Positions 18,719 through 29,515 of a stretch of DNA of 64,000 nucleotides are shown here, piece after piece (positions within the stretch are counted from its first letter, which is position 1; each line of letters opens with the position of its first letter). Below the pieces are notes generated by a model, which saw only the letters and a list, made by a program, of their open reading frames with translations, searched no databases and was not told the origin of the DNA. The DNA is from Candidatus Latescibacterota bacterium. GTDB lineage: Bacteria; Latescibacterota; CBDEFO01. The stretch covers positions 2,336,001-2,400,000 of the forward strand of contig OZ252149.1 in NCBI GenBank assembly GCA_965248755.1, read 5' to 3'. Both the position numbers and the translations under genes were made by a program.

Positions 18719-19855
18719 ATGGATAGAAAGACTCTGTTCAAAGATATAAGACGCGTTGTTGTGAAGTTGGGGACGACGGTGATCACCCGCCAGGACAATT
18801 TGCTGGACCAAGATGTGATCCGGCGTCTTTCTGAGGAGATATCTGGTCTGAGAAGGAGAGGGATGCAGGTGGCTGTGGTCTCCTCAGGGGCCATCTCAGC
18901 GGGGATGGGGCGTCTGGGGATGAAAAGGAGGCCAGTGACTATACCTGATCTCCAGGCCGCCGCCGCTGTGGGTCAGAACCTCTTAATGCACAATTACAAG
19001 ATAGCTTTCAGGGAGTACGGAATAACGATAGCACAGGTTCTGCTCACCGCTGACGATCTGAAAGATCGGCCGCGTTATGTGAACGCGCGAAATACGCTGG
19101 CGGCTCTATTCAAATACGGGGTGGTGCCCGTTCTTAATGCGAACGACAGCGTGGCTATGGATGAGATCAAGGTGGGGGACAACGATACGCTGGCGGCGTA
19201 CGTCACCAACCTGATCGAAGCGCAGCTATTGGTTATCCTCTCCGACGTAGACGGCCTCTATTCCGGAGATCCCGGGCGGGGCGTTCAATCAGAGAACGAC
19301 CACTCTCTAATAGAGGTAGTGGAAGAGATAGACGATAAGTTTGAATCCTTCTGTGGAGGTCCCGGAAGCGATGTGGGAGTAGGCGGATTCAAGGCCAAGA
19401 TAAGGGCAGCCCGGATAGTTACGATGTCCGGAGAGATGCTGGTGATAGCTAACGGAAAGCGACATAGCCTGTCGGAAATAGTCCAGGGGGAAAATATAGG
19501 CACGCTCTTTTTGCCCGTGCGCAAAAAGATGACGGGCAGAAAGAGGTGGATAGCCTTCGCTATCGGAGGAGAAGGATCCCTAATCGTGGATCCAGGAGCA
19601 GTCAGGGCTATTGTAAAAGGGGGCAAGAGTCTCCTGCCATCGGGGATTGTGGGAATAAGGGGGAATTTTGATGCAGGAGAGATGGTCAAGATCGAGGATG
19701 AGTCCGGAAGAGAATTGGCACGGGGCCTGGCCAGATATTCCTGCGCTGAAGTAGATAAGATACGAGGGAGGAGATCGTCAGAGATAGAGGATGCTCTCGG
19801 TTATCGCAGGGACGATGAGGTGATCCACAGAGATGATATAGTGGTTTTAGTCTGA
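18719..19855 (+). CDS. proB: Glutamate 5-kinase with PUA domain
   Basis: VVVKLGT, VSSGAI, QAAAAVGQ, GDNDTLAA, KSLLPSGI, IHRDD. Confidence 0.97.
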   Translation: MDRKTLFKDIRRVVVKLGTTVITRQDNLLDQDVIRRLSEEISGLRRRGMQVAVVSSGAISAGMGRLGMKRRPVTIPDLQAAAAVGQNLLMHNYKIAFREYGITIAQVLLTADDLKDRPRYVNARNTLAALFKYGVVPVLNANDSVAMDEIKVGDNDTLAAYVTNLIEAQLLVILSDVDGLYSGDPGRGVQSENDHSLIEVVEEIDDKFESFCGGPGSDVGVGGFKAKIRAARIVTMSGEMLVIANGKRHSLSEIVQGENIGTLFLPVRKKMTGRKRWIAFAIGGEGSLIVDPGAVRAIVKGGKSLLPSGIVGIRGNFDAGEMVKIEDESGRELARGLARYSCAEVDKIRGRRSSEIEDALGYRRDDEVIHRDDIVVLV

Positions 19856-19880
19856 TTGAGTTAAATACAGTAGACAGAAG

Positions 19881-19977
19881 AGATTGCTTGGCTGAACCTT
19901 CCCTTCGCTCTGGGCTTCGACCTTCATTCATTGCGAGGAGTGATCCCCCGATTAAATCGGGGGACCGGAAGCAATCT
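19881..19977. repeat. Palindromic repeat element between proB and proA
   Basis: AGATTGCTT (19881) and AAGCAATCT (19969) are inverted ends; the element contains TCATTGCGAGG and an inner hairpin CCCCCGATTAAATCGGGGG. Confidence 0.75.
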
Positions 19978-19992
19978 GGCAGGGAGCGCAAA

Positions 19993-21303
19993 ATGGATGT
20001 GAAGAGATATGTGTCAGATATGGCTAAGGCTGCAAAGATAGCGGCGCAAAAGCTGACCTATGCACCTATGAAGGTTAAGGATAACGCATTGGAGACTATG
20101 GCTTCGGGCTTGATTGAAAATGCCGAAAGGATAAAACAGGAGAATAATAAAGATATAAAGGAAGCCAGAAAAAGCGGGCTTTCCGGGGCTATAGTCGATA
20201 GGCTAAAGTTGGACGATAAGAGAATAGAGGATATGGCAACAGGCCTCAGGGAGATAGCGATGCAGCCCGATCCCATCGGAGCTGTGGAGGAGCTGAGGAG
20301 GCGCCCGAACGGTATGGAGGTGGGGAAAATGAGGGTTCCTATAGGAGTTATTGGAATCGTATATGAATCCAGGCCGAACGTGACGGCGGACGCTGCGGGA
20401 CTGTGCATTAAATCGGGGAACGCCGTGATCCTAAGAGGCGGGTCGGAGGCAATAAATTCCAATGTCTGCATAGCTAATATATTGTCGGACGCCGCCGAGT
20501 CTGCAGGTCTCCCCGAGAGAGCGATAAATCTTATCGAGACGACGGACAGAAAAGCTGTGATCGAGATGCTCAAGGCAGAGGGCCTTATCGATCTTGTAGT
20601 CCCAAGAGGAGGAAAGGGCCTGATCAAGACGGTGATGGACAATTCGCTCATTCCCGTCATAAAGCACTACGACGGAGTCTGCCACGTTTACGTAGACGAT
20701 GAGGCGGATTTGGATATGGCCTTAAGAATCGCGTATAACGCCAAGGCTCAGCGCCCGGGGGTCTGCAACGCGATGGAGACGCTCTTGGTGAACTCCAAAG
20801 TGGCAGATTCTTTCCTTCCCAAAATAGCCCACAAGCTCGAAGAGGCAGGTGTGGAGATAAGGGGCTGTGAGAGGACCAGAAATATTCTGTCCTCGATTGA
20901 ACCCTCCCCGATTGAATCTATCGGGGATAGATCGGGGGTCGGGGACAGAATCCAGGAGGCGACCCAAGAGGATTGGTACGCCGAATACCTGGATCTGATA
21001 CTGGCGGTCAAGGTGGTTGATAGCATAGACGAGGCGATGGATCATATAGATGTATACGGATCGCATCACACCGACGCTATCGTAACAGATAACTATTTCA
21101 AGGCTAGAAAGTTCGTTATGAGCGTCGATTCTTCCTCTGTGATGGTGAACGCTTCGACCCGACTAAGCGATGGGGCGATTTACGGTTTGGGGGCAGAGGT
21201 AGGCATCAGCACTGATAAGCTCCACGCAAGGGGCCCTATGGGCGCTGAGAGTCTGACGACGTACAAATGGGTGGTCTACGGAGATGGCCAGCTTCGGGAG
21301 TAG
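19993..21303 (+). CDS. proA: Gamma-glutamyl phosphate reductase, carrying an ~18-aa repeat-derived insertion
   Basis: [50 protein letters not shown]. The ATG at 19993 follows GGGAG. Confidence 0.97.
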   Translation: MDVKRYVSDMAKAAKIAAQKLTYAPMKVKDNALETMASGLIENAERIKQENNKDIKEARKSGLSGAIVDRLKLDDKRIEDMATGLREIAMQPDPIGAVEELRRRPNGMEVGKMRVPIGVIGIVYESRPNVTADAAGLCIKSGNAVILRGGSEAINSNVCIANILSDAAESAGLPERAINLIETTDRKAVIEMLKAEGLIDLVVPRGGKGLIKTVMDNSLIPVIKHYDGVCHVYVDDEADLDMALRIAYNAKAQRPGVCNAMETLLVNSKVADSFLPKIAHKLEEAGVEIRGCERTRNILSSIEPSPIESIGDRSGVGDRIQEATQEDWYAEYLDLILAVKVVDSIDEAMDHIDVYGSHHTDAIVTDNYFKARKFVMSVDSSSVMVNASTRLSDGAIYGLGAEVGISTDKLHARGPMGAESLTTYKWVVYGDGQLRE

Positions 21304-21685
21304 AAAACTGGACATAATAGATCAAGTCAAATTCGATGAACAGGGCCTGGTTGCAGCCATAGCACAGGACTTCGAGTCAGGAGAGGTCCTGATGGTGGGT
21401 TATATGAACGGGGAGAGCCTGAGGATGACGCTGAAGTCGGGGAGGATGACCTACTGGAGCAGAAGCAGGAAGGAACTCTGGATTAAGGGGGAAACGTCCG
21501 GAAATATCCAAGAAGTGAAAGAGATTATGTTAGATTGCGATGGAGACGCCTTGCTCTTTAAGATAGCACAGGAGGGCGAAGGGGCGTGTCATATGGGATA
21601 TAGATCGTGTTTCTACAGACGTATGGAAAATGGGAGCTGGGTCATAGATTCCAAAGAGGTCGAACGTCCACTCCGTGACGTCTGA
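21284..21685 (+). CDS. hisI: Phosphoribosyl-AMP cyclohydrolase
   Basis: [30 protein letters not shown]. Confidence 0.96.
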   Translation: MASFGSRKLDIIDQVKFDEQGLVAAIAQDFESGEVLMVGYMNGESLRMTLKSGRMTYWSRSRKELWIKGETSGNIQEVKEIMLDCDGDALLFKIAQEGEGACHMGYRSCFYRRMENGSWVIDSKEVERPLRDV

Positions 21686-22058
21686 TCCTGTAAAGATAGG
21701 GCCAAAAAGGATGAATTTGAAGAGAAAAACGCAGCTCTATCGAATGGCAAGTAGACCGCCCCTCTTTAAAAAGAAAAAGATAAAAAGTGTATTCATTCTG
21801 CTCGGCACCATACTCGTTACATACATATTTGTAGGTGGAGACTACGGCTTTTACAGGATATGGCGTCAAAAGGCTCAGATTGCAAGTCTCAAGGAGGATA
21901 TAGATGCCCTGAAGGAGGATAATGAGAGTTTGGAAAGGGAAATAGAACTCTTAGAGAACGATATGACTTATATAGAGAAAATAGCCAGGGAGGAATACGG
22001 GATGCATAAGGAAGGGGAGACAGTCTATCGAATAAGCTGGGATGGAGAGTGGAAATAG
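21675..22058 (+). CDS. ftsB: Septum formation initiator (FtsB/DivIC family); start uncertain
   Basis: Basic N-terminus, one TM helix, coiled coil and [14 protein letters not shown]. Confidence 0.85.
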   Translation: MTSDPVKIGPKRMNLKRKTQLYRMASRPPLFKKKKIKSVFILLGTILVTYIFVGGDYGFYRIWRQKAQIASLKEDIDALKEDNESLEREIELLENDMTYIEKIAREEYGMHKEGETVYRISWDGEWK

Positions 22059-22059
22059 G

Positions 22060-22872
22060 ATGGGGATATGTAAGACCGAAGGGATAGTCCTCAGGACTCA
22101 TAAGTTAGGTGAAACCAGTAAGATAGCTACGCTCTACACTAAAGCTTTCGGAAAGATGAAGGTCGTAGCAAAGGGAGCCAGAAGCCCAAAGAGCAAGTTC
22201 GGAGCGAGCCTGGAGCCGATAACGTCGATCTTTCTTGTGTTCTACAGGAAGGAAAACAGGGACCTGCAGACCCTGAGTCAGACGGATATTGTCCATCCTT
22301 TCGGAGGATTGAAAGACAATTTGGAGAAGTTATCTTACGGGAGTGCTCTGTGCGAACTTACGGAAAGACTGACGGCGGAGAACGAATCCAACTTCAAATT
22401 CTATCGGACACTGGAAGATTGTCTGTTGAAAATGGAGGAAAGTCGTTCCGAGACCATGGAAAACGTCCTCTGGCATTTTCAGTTGAAGGCTATAGGAATT
22501 TTAGGTTATCAGCCCGATTTTTGTGTGTGTGTGTCTTGCAGGAAGGAGCCGGACTCCACACGGAATAGACCTTCGACAAAGATTATGTTCAGCATGGTGC
22601 TGGGTGGACTTCTATGCAGAAAGTGCTCAAAGAACGATGCAGGGGCAATGGAAGTGAATCTCGGGACCGTAAGGTTCCTGGAGAGTTTGAGAATGGCTAA
22701 TACATCGAGTGTGGTGAATATACGCACTTCAGATCCTCTCCAATCTGAGGTTGGGAATCTTCTGACCTCTTACCTGGAATACCATATAGGCGATCATAGA
22801 AAGCTAAAATCTTTACAAGTGTTGGAACAGATGAGGAGATATGTCCCAAAATACGAACGACCAGATGGATAA
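22060..22872 (+). CDS. recO: DNA repair protein RecO
   Basis: TEGIVLR, GKMKVVAKGAR, zinc motif CVSC...LLCRKC; precedes glyQS. Confidence 0.93.
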   Translation: MGICKTEGIVLRTHKLGETSKIATLYTKAFGKMKVVAKGARSPKSKFGASLEPITSIFLVFYRKENRDLQTLSQTDIVHPFGGLKDNLEKLSYGSALCELTERLTAENESNFKFYRTLEDCLLKMEESRSETMENVLWHFQLKAIGILGYQPDFCVCVSCRKEPDSTRNRPSTKIMFSMVLGGLLCRKCSKNDAGAMEVNLGTVRFLESLRMANTSSVVNIRTSDPLQSEVGNLLTSYLEYHIGDHRKLKSLQVLEQMRRYVPKYERPDG

Positions 22873-24193
22873 GATAGTCTCGCTCTGCAAGAGGAAGGGC
22901 TTTATATTTCAGAACAGTGAGATCTACGGTGGGCTGAACAGTTGCTGGGACTACGGGCCGTTGGGAGTAGAGTTGAAGAGAAACGTACACGATTACTGGT
23001 GGTTCTGGTTAACTCAGCTACACAGTGACATAGAGGGGCTGGAGACGAGCATCCTGATGCATCCGAGGGTCTGGGAGGCCTCAGGGCACGTGGAGAGCTT
23101 CACCGACCCGATGGTGGACTGCAAGATCTGTAAGCGCAGATTCAAGGCCGACGATATTGAGGAGGAAGTCTGCCCTTCTTGCGGCGGGGAGTTGACAGGG
23201 GCAAGACAGTTTAATCTGATGTTCAAGACGTTTCTGGGCCCTGTCGAGGACGATTCGAATGTGACATATCTAAGACCTGAGACGGCGCAGGGGAGCTACG
23301 TGAACTATCAGAACGTGATGAATGCGATGCGCAGGAAGATACCCTTCGGCATAGCCCAGGTAGGGAAGGCGTTCAGAAACGAAATAACTCCCGGTAATTT
23401 TACCTTTCGGACCCGTGAGTTCGAGCAGATGGAGATGCAATACTTCGTCAAACCGGGCACAGATGAGGGATGGTTCGAAGCGTGGAAGGAAGATAGAACA
23501 GCGTACTACAAGAACATAGGCATAAACCCTGAGAGATTAAGGTTCAGGGAGCATGGGCCTGACGAACTTGCTCACTACGCCAAGAGGGTTATCGACATCG
23601 AATACGAGTTCCCCTTCGGCTGGGCCGAACTGGAGGGGATCCACAACAGGACGGACTTCGACCTGAAGAGACATCAGGAATACTCTGGAAAGGATATGTC
23701 CTATTTCGACGAGGAGACCAGGGAAAGCTACATTCCTTACGTGGTAGAGACCGCAGCGGGGTTGACAAGGACTGTGCTTGTGTGTCTGATAGACGGCTAC
23801 GATGAGGAGATGGTGAAGGGCCGCCCGAGGGTCATCTTGAGGCTCCATCCGAGATTGGCTCCGATAAAGGCGGGGATATTTCCTCTGGTCAAGAGGGACG
23901 GTATGCCTGAAATAGCCAGAGAGATAGAGGTAGATTTGAGGAGGCACTTGAGGGTCTTCTACGACGAGAACGGGGCGGTCGGCAGGCGATACAGGAGGAT
24001 GGACGAAGTGGGCACGCCTTACTGTATTACGGTGGATTCAGAGACCAAAGCGGACGACACGGTGACGGTGAGGGACAGGGATACCATGGAGCAGATCAGA
24101 GTGAAGATCAATCAGGTGAGAGAGTATCTGGAGGAGAGCATAGAGAATTGGAAAAGGCCTGAGCGGCTCCCTGACAAGGTAGTTCAAGCTTAG
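22841..24193 (+). CDS. glyQS: Glycine--tRNA ligase (homodimeric type)
   Basis: EIYGG..WDYGPLG, YLRPETAQG, FRNEITP, RTREFEQMEM, C-terminal anticodon domain GRRYRRMDEVGTP. Confidence 0.97.
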   Translation: MSQNTNDQMDKIVSLCKRKGFIFQNSEIYGGLNSCWDYGPLGVELKRNVHDYWWFWLTQLHSDIEGLETSILMHPRVWEASGHVESFTDPMVDCKICKRRFKADDIEEEVCPSCGGELTGARQFNLMFKTFLGPVEDDSNVTYLRPETAQGSYVNYQNVMNAMRRKIPFGIAQVGKAFRNEITPGNFTFRTREFEQMEMQYFVKPGTDEGWFEAWKEDRTAYYKNIGINPERLRFREHGPDELAHYAKRVIDIEYEFPFGWAELEGIHNRTDFDLKRHQEYSGKDMSYFDEETRESYIPYVVETAAGLTRTVLVCLIDGYDEEMVKGRPRVILRLHPRLAPIKAGIFPLVKRDGMPEIAREIEVDLRRHLRVFYDENGAVGRRYRRMDEVGTPYCITVDSETKADDTVTVRDRDTMEQIRVKINQVREYLEESIENWKRPERLPDKVVQA

Positions 24194-24195
24194 AT

Positions 24196-25638
24196 ATGAA
24201 TATCAAGGCTGTAGTGCATATACTGGGTGCCTTGCTCTTCTTCCTTGGGTTGTCAATGCTCTTCCCCTTGGGGTTTTCGCTCTATTTCGGGGATGGCGAC
24301 GCAACTGCAATAGGCTCCTCCGCGCTCATATCCATGGCTGCAGGTCTTTTGGCCTGGAGCACCATGAAAGTGGAGCAGGAATTAGGGATAAGAGACAGTT
24401 TTGCCGTTGTGACCTTAGGATGGGTGGTTATGGCGGCGTTCGGCGCGCTCCCTTTCTTGCTTTCCGGGACTGTGGATTCACCTACGGACGCCTATTTTGA
24501 GACTATGTCGGGTATGACGACGACAGGGGCGACGATCTTAACCGATATAGAGGGCATACCACGGGGGATCCTCTTCTGGAGGAGTCTGACCCACTGGCTC
24601 GGCGGAATGGGGATTATAGTTCTGTCTTTGGCTATCCTGCCCATGTTGGGCGTGGGCGGTATGCAGCTGTTCAAAGCTGAGGTCCCAGGTCCCGTCTCCG
24701 ACAAGCTGAGTCCGAGGGTTCAAAGCACGGCAAAGATCCTTTGGGGAGTCTACGTCCTCTTTTCAGGAATCGAGACGGTCCTTTTGATGGCAGGCGGGAT
24801 GTCGTTTTTTGACTCCCTTTGCCATACGTTTGGAACTATGGCTACGGGGGGATTTTCGACCAAAAATATGAGTATAGGACACTACGACAGTGCCTACTTC
24901 GACTTTGTGATCATAATATTTATGCTGATAGCGGGGACGAACTTTGCTCTGCACTACAGGTTTTTAAAAGGCAATTGGAAGTGCTACTTCCAAGACAAAG
25001 AATTCCTGTTCTATATAAGTATAGTCGGGATCGCAGCGTTGATAATCGGTCTGGACATAGGAATTCGAACCTACGATGACATCGGACTTTCAATCAGAGC
25101 GGCACTCTTTCAATCGGCCTCGATCACCACAACGACAGGCTACGGGACAGCGGATTTTGAGGGGTGGTCGTATCTCTCTCAGTTTATGCTTTTTGGCTTG
25201 ATGTTTGTGGGAGGATGCGCAGGTTCGACAGGCGGAAGTATCAAGAATATACGGGTGATGCTCCTTTTCAAGCAAAGCATAGTTGAGTTGAAGAGACTGA
25301 TCCATCCAGAGGCAGTGATCCCGGTCAGGTTAGGCGGCAGGAGCATTCCAGCCGATGTGGTAGGAAACGTCTTGAGTTTCTTTATCGTCTATATGTTCTC
25401 ATTTTTTGCTGCGACTTTGATAATGTCGCTTTTGGGCTTGGACATAGTCAGCGCGTTGACGGCTGCTGCTGCTACCCTGGGGAACATAGGTCCGGGCCTT
25501 GGATCTATAGGTCCTACAGATAATTATGCGCACATTCCTACTGCAGGCAAGTGGGTGCTGTCGGTGTGCATGCTTCTGGGAAGGCTCGAGCTTTTCACTG
25601 TGCTGGTCCTCTTCACGCCTGAGTTCTGGAGGAAGTGA
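24196..25638 (+). CDS. trkH: TrkH family potassium uptake protein
   Basis: SGMTTTGAT, WLGGMGIIV, ATGGFS, TTTGY, GSTGGSIK, LGNIGPG, LLGRLE. Confidence 0.95.
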   Translation: MNIKAVVHILGALLFFLGLSMLFPLGFSLYFGDGDATAIGSSALISMAAGLLAWSTMKVEQELGIRDSFAVVTLGWVVMAAFGALPFLLSGTVDSPTDAYFETMSGMTTTGATILTDIEGIPRGILFWRSLTHWLGGMGIIVLSLAILPMLGVGGMQLFKAEVPGPVSDKLSPRVQSTAKILWGVYVLFSGIETVLLMAGGMSFFDSLCHTFGTMATGGFSTKNMSIGHYDSAYFDFVIIIFMLIAGTNFALHYRFLKGNWKCYFQDKEFLFYISIVGIAALIIGLDIGIRTYDDIGLSIRAALFQSASITTTTGYGTADFEGWSYLSQFMLFGLMFVGGCAGSTGGSIKNIRVMLLFKQSIVELKRLIHPEAVIPVRLGGRSIPADVVGNVLSFFIVYMFSFFAATLIMSLLGLDIVSALTAAAATLGNIGPGLGSIGPTDNYAHIPTAGKWVLSVCMLLGRLELFTVLVLFTPEFWRK

Positions 25639-25687
25639 GATTCTGTCCTGACTTATGACTAAGGACTCCTAACAATCGCCAAAAACT

Positions 25688-26419
25688 ATGACAAAGAGCT
25701 TCCTTGCAGCCCTACTGGCCCTATCTTTCCTTTTGAGTTCTGCCGATTCGAATGCTCAAGTTACCATCGGCGGCGCTGGAATCTACCAGGGTTTCGACAT
25801 CTACTCTGTGGATGAGCAAAATGGCCAGGATTTTCTATTGAAGGATGGAAAGACAAAGGTGAATCTGATAAGAGAGGAGATCGAGAATCCAAACATATTC
25901 GGGGGACGGATATACTTGAACATTCTTCCGAAGACTTCAGTAGAATTGAGCTTCGACGGAGTAGCGAATGATTACGAGTTTATCTTCACTAATGTGAACA
26001 ATCCAGAGTCTGTGAAAGGCACAGGGACCTTTTTGAGGATGGGGCTCTATGCGACTTTGACGCGGGATCTGGTGAGCTTTCCCAAAGGAGTAAAAGGCCT
26101 GACTATCTACACCGGTGCGGGAGCAGGCTTTAACGCCCTGAGGCCGGCCCTGTCCCAAGAAATCATCTCGTCAAATGTGGATAAATGGACGGGGAGCCTG
26201 GATGCAGATGAGGTAGCTGATATAAATGTGAGGGCAACAGGGCACGGCCTGTTCGGCATCAAAATTAGACCGTCGCTCATCCCCTTTTCCATAGACGGAG
26301 GAATCAGGTACACAGCAGGAAGCAAGACCAAGTTCAACGAAGTTGACAGGTTCTTCTCGATTTACGCAGGAGTATCGCTGAGGTTGCTGTCAACGGGGAA
26401 AAGTAAACATAATCCCTGA
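25688..26419 (+). CDS. Putative small outer-membrane beta-barrel protein
   Basis: Sec signal peptide (..SNA|Q) and amphipathic strands (VELSFD, IYTGAGAG, IYAGVSL). Confidence 0.65.
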   Translation: MTKSFLAALLALSFLLSSADSNAQVTIGGAGIYQGFDIYSVDEQNGQDFLLKDGKTKVNLIREEIENPNIFGGRIYLNILPKTSVELSFDGVANDYEFIFTNVNNPESVKGTGTFLRMGLYATLTRDLVSFPKGVKGLTIYTGAGAGFNALRPALSQEIISSNVDKWTGSLDADEVADINVRATGHGLFGIKIRPSLIPFSIDGGIRYTAGSKTKFNEVDRFFSIYAGVSLRLLSTGKSKHNP

Positions 26420-26563
26420 CCTGTTGAAACTAAAGGTCAGATCGTTCGTCAAAGATACGGAGCTTTCATCGAGTAAGCGCTTGACAATAGCAGAGGCGCA
26501 CCGTTTATTAGTTAAGTCAATTTAAGCGTATTCCCTTCTGGTCTGGTACCTGGAGAAAGCTTA

Positions 26564-28039
26564 ATGGAATGGTGGCAAACCCTATGCCTTCTGGCATACT
26601 TTGCAGTGATAGTGATTCTGTCGATATATGGTCTTCACCGGCATTTGATGGTAATTTTGTACTATAAGCACAAACGCAAAGTTCCCAAGCCAAAAGGGAC
26701 CTTCCCTTCTCCTCCCCAGGTTACGGTTCAACTTCCCATCTATAACGAAAGATACGTGGTAGAACGATTGATAAGAGCGGTATCTAAGATAGACTACCCT
26801 GAGGAACTCCTGGAGATACAGGTTCTGGATGATTCGACGGACGTGACGACAAAAATAGCCCACAATACAGTAGAGGACTTGAAGGCAAAAGGCCACGATA
26901 TATCTTATATACCCAGACACAACAGGAAGGGATTCAAAGCCGGCGCGCTGGCGGGAGGTCTAATAAGGGCCAAGGGGGACTTTATAGCGATATTTGACGC
27001 AGATTTCGTGCCGGGCAGGGATTTCCTTGTAAGAACGATAGACCATTTTGCGGATAAGGAAGTCGGGATGGTTCAGACGAGGTGGGGACATTTGAACAGC
27101 GATTACAGCCTTTTGACAAAGATTCAGGCCATGTTTCTGGACGGACACTTTGTGATTGAACACAACGCAAGGAACAGGTCTGGAAGGTTCTTCAACTTCA
27201 ACGGGACCGCAGGGATATGGAGGAAAGACTGTATATTATCTTCGGGAGGATGGCAGTACGACACCTTAACTGAAGATCTGGATTTGAGCTACAGGGCTCA
27301 GATGGGAGGATGGAAGTTTGTGTTCCTTGATGATGTGGTGTCTCCTGCGGAGCTGCCGGTGGAGATAGACGCCTTTAAGTCTCAGCAGCACAGGTGGTCA
27401 AAAGGCTCTATTCAGACAGCCAAGAAGCTACTACCGCAACTCTTAAGGACCAAACTGCCTTTCCACGTGAAGCTTGAAGCTCTGTTCCATCTGACTAACA
27501 ACCTTTCTTACCTATTCATGTTCCTCTTGACGCTCTTGATCCTTCCGGTTTTGATCATTAGGGCGGATATGGGATGGCAGAAGGGAATTCTGATAGACAT
27601 TCCGCTCTTATGGGCAGCAACAGGGGCCATCTCCTGGTTCTACATCTCCTCGCAGAAGGAGATCTATGCAAACTGGAAACGAATGATCAAGTATCTTCCT
27701 GGTCTTATGTCTCTGGGCATAGGACTATGTGTCAACAACGCCAAGGCTGTCCTGGAAGCGCTATTGAACCACCGGACGGGGTTTACAAGGACACCTAAAT
27801 ACCACATAGTGGATAGGGGCGACAGCTGGAGGAATAAGGTTTATACAAACGGAAAGAGGCTGTCTTTTATGGAGCTCTTTTGGGCTCTCTATTGCTCCTT
27901 TTCTACTTTGTTTGCATTGACCAATCAGTTATTCGCTTCACTGCCGTTTTTGCTGCTGTTTCAAGCGGGTTTCGTGTATATGGTCTTCACATCTTTGTTT
28001 CAAGGGGGAAAAGCTACGCATGCCCGCGCCACAGCTTAA
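26564..28039 (+). CDS. Membrane GT2 glycosyltransferase, cellulose-synthase-like
   Basis: VQLPIYNE, QVLDDSTD, GFKAGAL, FDADF, TEDLDLS, QQHRW (QxxRW) and C-terminal TM helices. Confidence 0.92.
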   Translation: MEWWQTLCLLAYFAVIVILSIYGLHRHLMVILYYKHKRKVPKPKGTFPSPPQVTVQLPIYNERYVVERLIRAVSKIDYPEELLEIQVLDDSTDVTTKIAHNTVEDLKAKGHDISYIPRHNRKGFKAGALAGGLIRAKGDFIAIFDADFVPGRDFLVRTIDHFADKEVGMVQTRWGHLNSDYSLLTKIQAMFLDGHFVIEHNARNRSGRFFNFNGTAGIWRKDCILSSGGWQYDTLTEDLDLSYRAQMGGWKFVFLDDVVSPAELPVEIDAFKSQQHRWSKGSIQTAKKLLPQLLRTKLPFHVKLEALFHLTNNLSYLFMFLLTLLILPVLIIRADMGWQKGILIDIPLLWAATGAISWFYISSQKEIYANWKRMIKYLPGLMSLGIGLCVNNAKAVLEALLNHRTGFTRTPKYHIVDRGDSWRNKVYTNGKRLSFMELFWALYCSFSTLFALTNQLFASLPFLLLFQAGFVYMVFTSLFQGGKATHARATA

Positions 28040-28607
28040 AGTGGAAGATGGACCCCAGGTAACAGAGAACAGACATGATGTCTTTACTCTGTCGAACGTT
28101 TTGAGCGTTTCGCGGCTCGCATTGCTGCCCTTTATATTGCTCTGTGTTCAAGAGGAGCAGCCGCTGTACCGATATATAACCTTGCTCCTTATTGCTCTTG
28201 CGATGCTCAGCGACTGTCTGGATGGTTACTTGGCAAGGAGGCGAGGCGAAACCACAAATTTGGGAAAGATTCTAGATCCCCTGGTAGATAAGATAACACT
28301 GGGCTTCTTAGCATTCATGTTGGTCTATTATAGAAGCTTTCCGATGTGGATGGCGTTTGTTATCGTGGGGAAGGATATTCTTATAGCGATCGCGGGACTG
28401 TCCGTAATAGGTAAAAGGAAGATAATTATGACAGCGAACAAGTGGGGCAGAGCAACAGTCAATATACTGTGGATTCTGCTGTTGTGCTACGTTCTGGAAA
28501 TTGATTTTATGAAGTTGCCTCTCCTTCTTTTGGCGATGATCTTTGTCACAATGTCTTTGGCAAGTTACGGTCTTAGAGCCTTGACTTTGATGAAGAGTCG
28601 AATCTGA
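28020..28607 (+). CDS. CDP-alcohol phosphatidyltransferase (PgsA-like)
   Basis: SDCLDGYLARR...GKILDPLVDK. Confidence 0.9.
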   Translation: MPAPQLKVEDGPQVTENRHDVFTLSNVLSVSRLALLPFILLCVQEEQPLYRYITLLLIALAMLSDCLDGYLARRRGETTNLGKILDPLVDKITLGFLAFMLVYYRSFPMWMAFVIVGKDILIAIAGLSVIGKRKIIMTANKWGRATVNILWILLLCYVLEIDFMKLPLLLLAMIFVTMSLASYGLRALTLMKSRI

Positions 28608-28637
28608 ACTGTCAAGCAGGATGGCACATCTTCCACC

Positions 28638-28663
28638 AGGCGGATCTTAAGTCCGCTTTTTTT
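28638..28663 (+). terminator. Rho-independent terminator
   Basis: GCGGA / TCCGC stem followed by T7. Confidence 0.6.
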
Positions 28664-28677
28664 GTTTTGCTGATGAG

Positions 28678-29451
28678 ATGGCAACAGCTCTATTAAGATT
28701 GGCGTTGTTACTATTTGTTTGCCTTTCGCTTTGCGGATGTTCTCAGGATAAAGGTAAAAAGAACGAGCTTTTGCTATCGGCGGCTGCAAGTTTAACGGAC
28801 TCTTTCGCACAGATAGGAGACATGTTCGAGGCGAACAATCCAGGGCTCTCGGTAAGGTTCAACTTCGGCGGATCGAACCTGTTGGAAAAACAGATCGAAC
28901 GCGGGGCGCCTGTGGACATCTTTGCAAGCGCGGCACAAATTCAAATGGACAGGCTTCAAGGGAAGGGGGCGATCTTGGAGGAGACCAGGAGAGATTTTGC
29001 AGGTAACAGCATAGTATTGATAGTTCCACCAGACGCAGATGCGGACTCACTTTCGTTTGAGGCTTTGAAGGACCAAAAGATTGAGAGGATAGCTTTAGGC
29101 AACGAGGGAGTCCCAGCGGGAATGTACGGCCGCGAAGTCCTTCAGGCTCTGGGATTGTGGGACAGTCTTCAGCCCAAGCTAATCTTCGCAGAGAACGCGC
29201 GTCAGGTGCTCCATTATGTATCGAGGGGCGAAACAGGTGCGGGCCTGGTCTATTGGACGGATGCGCGCATATCAAGAAATGTGAGGGTCGTTGCAAGGGC
29301 ACAAAGAGAATGGCATACAAAGATCGCATATCCGATAGCTGTCCTGAAGAGGTCCCAGAATATCACTCTCGCAAAGAGATTTGTGGAGTTCGTAACAGGA
29401 TCTGAAAGCAGAAAAGTGCTGATGAAATACGGCTTTACCCCTGGAAGTTAG
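28678..29451 (+). CDS. modA: Molybdate ABC transporter substrate-binding lipoprotein
   Basis: Lipobox LCGC, SAAASL, FGGS, DIFASA, VPAGMY, VYWTD, IAYP. Confidence 0.93.
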   Translation: MATALLRLALLLFVCLSLCGCSQDKGKKNELLLSAAASLTDSFAQIGDMFEANNPGLSVRFNFGGSNLLEKQIERGAPVDIFASAAQIQMDRLQGKGAILEETRRDFAGNSIVLIVPPDADADSLSFEALKDQKIERIALGNEGVPAGMYGREVLQALGLWDSLQPKLIFAENARQVLHYVSRGETGAGLVYWTDARISRNVRVVARAQREWHTKIAYPIAVLKRSQNITLAKRFVEFVTGSESRKVLMKYGFTPGS

Positions 29452-29515
29452 GAGGTCAGAAATTCCTGTTCTGACAATAAAAAGAACTTTTTGGGGAGAA
29501 AGTGGAGGATAGGGA

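Noticed and set aside
19888..19992. N-terminal extensions of ProA (and of AroF at 17552-17617 and RsmI at 50223-50417)
   Set aside because: These are translations of repeat or promoter DNA; better starts lie downstream.
20058..20660. Long antisense ORFs opposite proA, mnmE, modA and other genes
   Set aside because: They are shadows of well-supported genes on the other strand.
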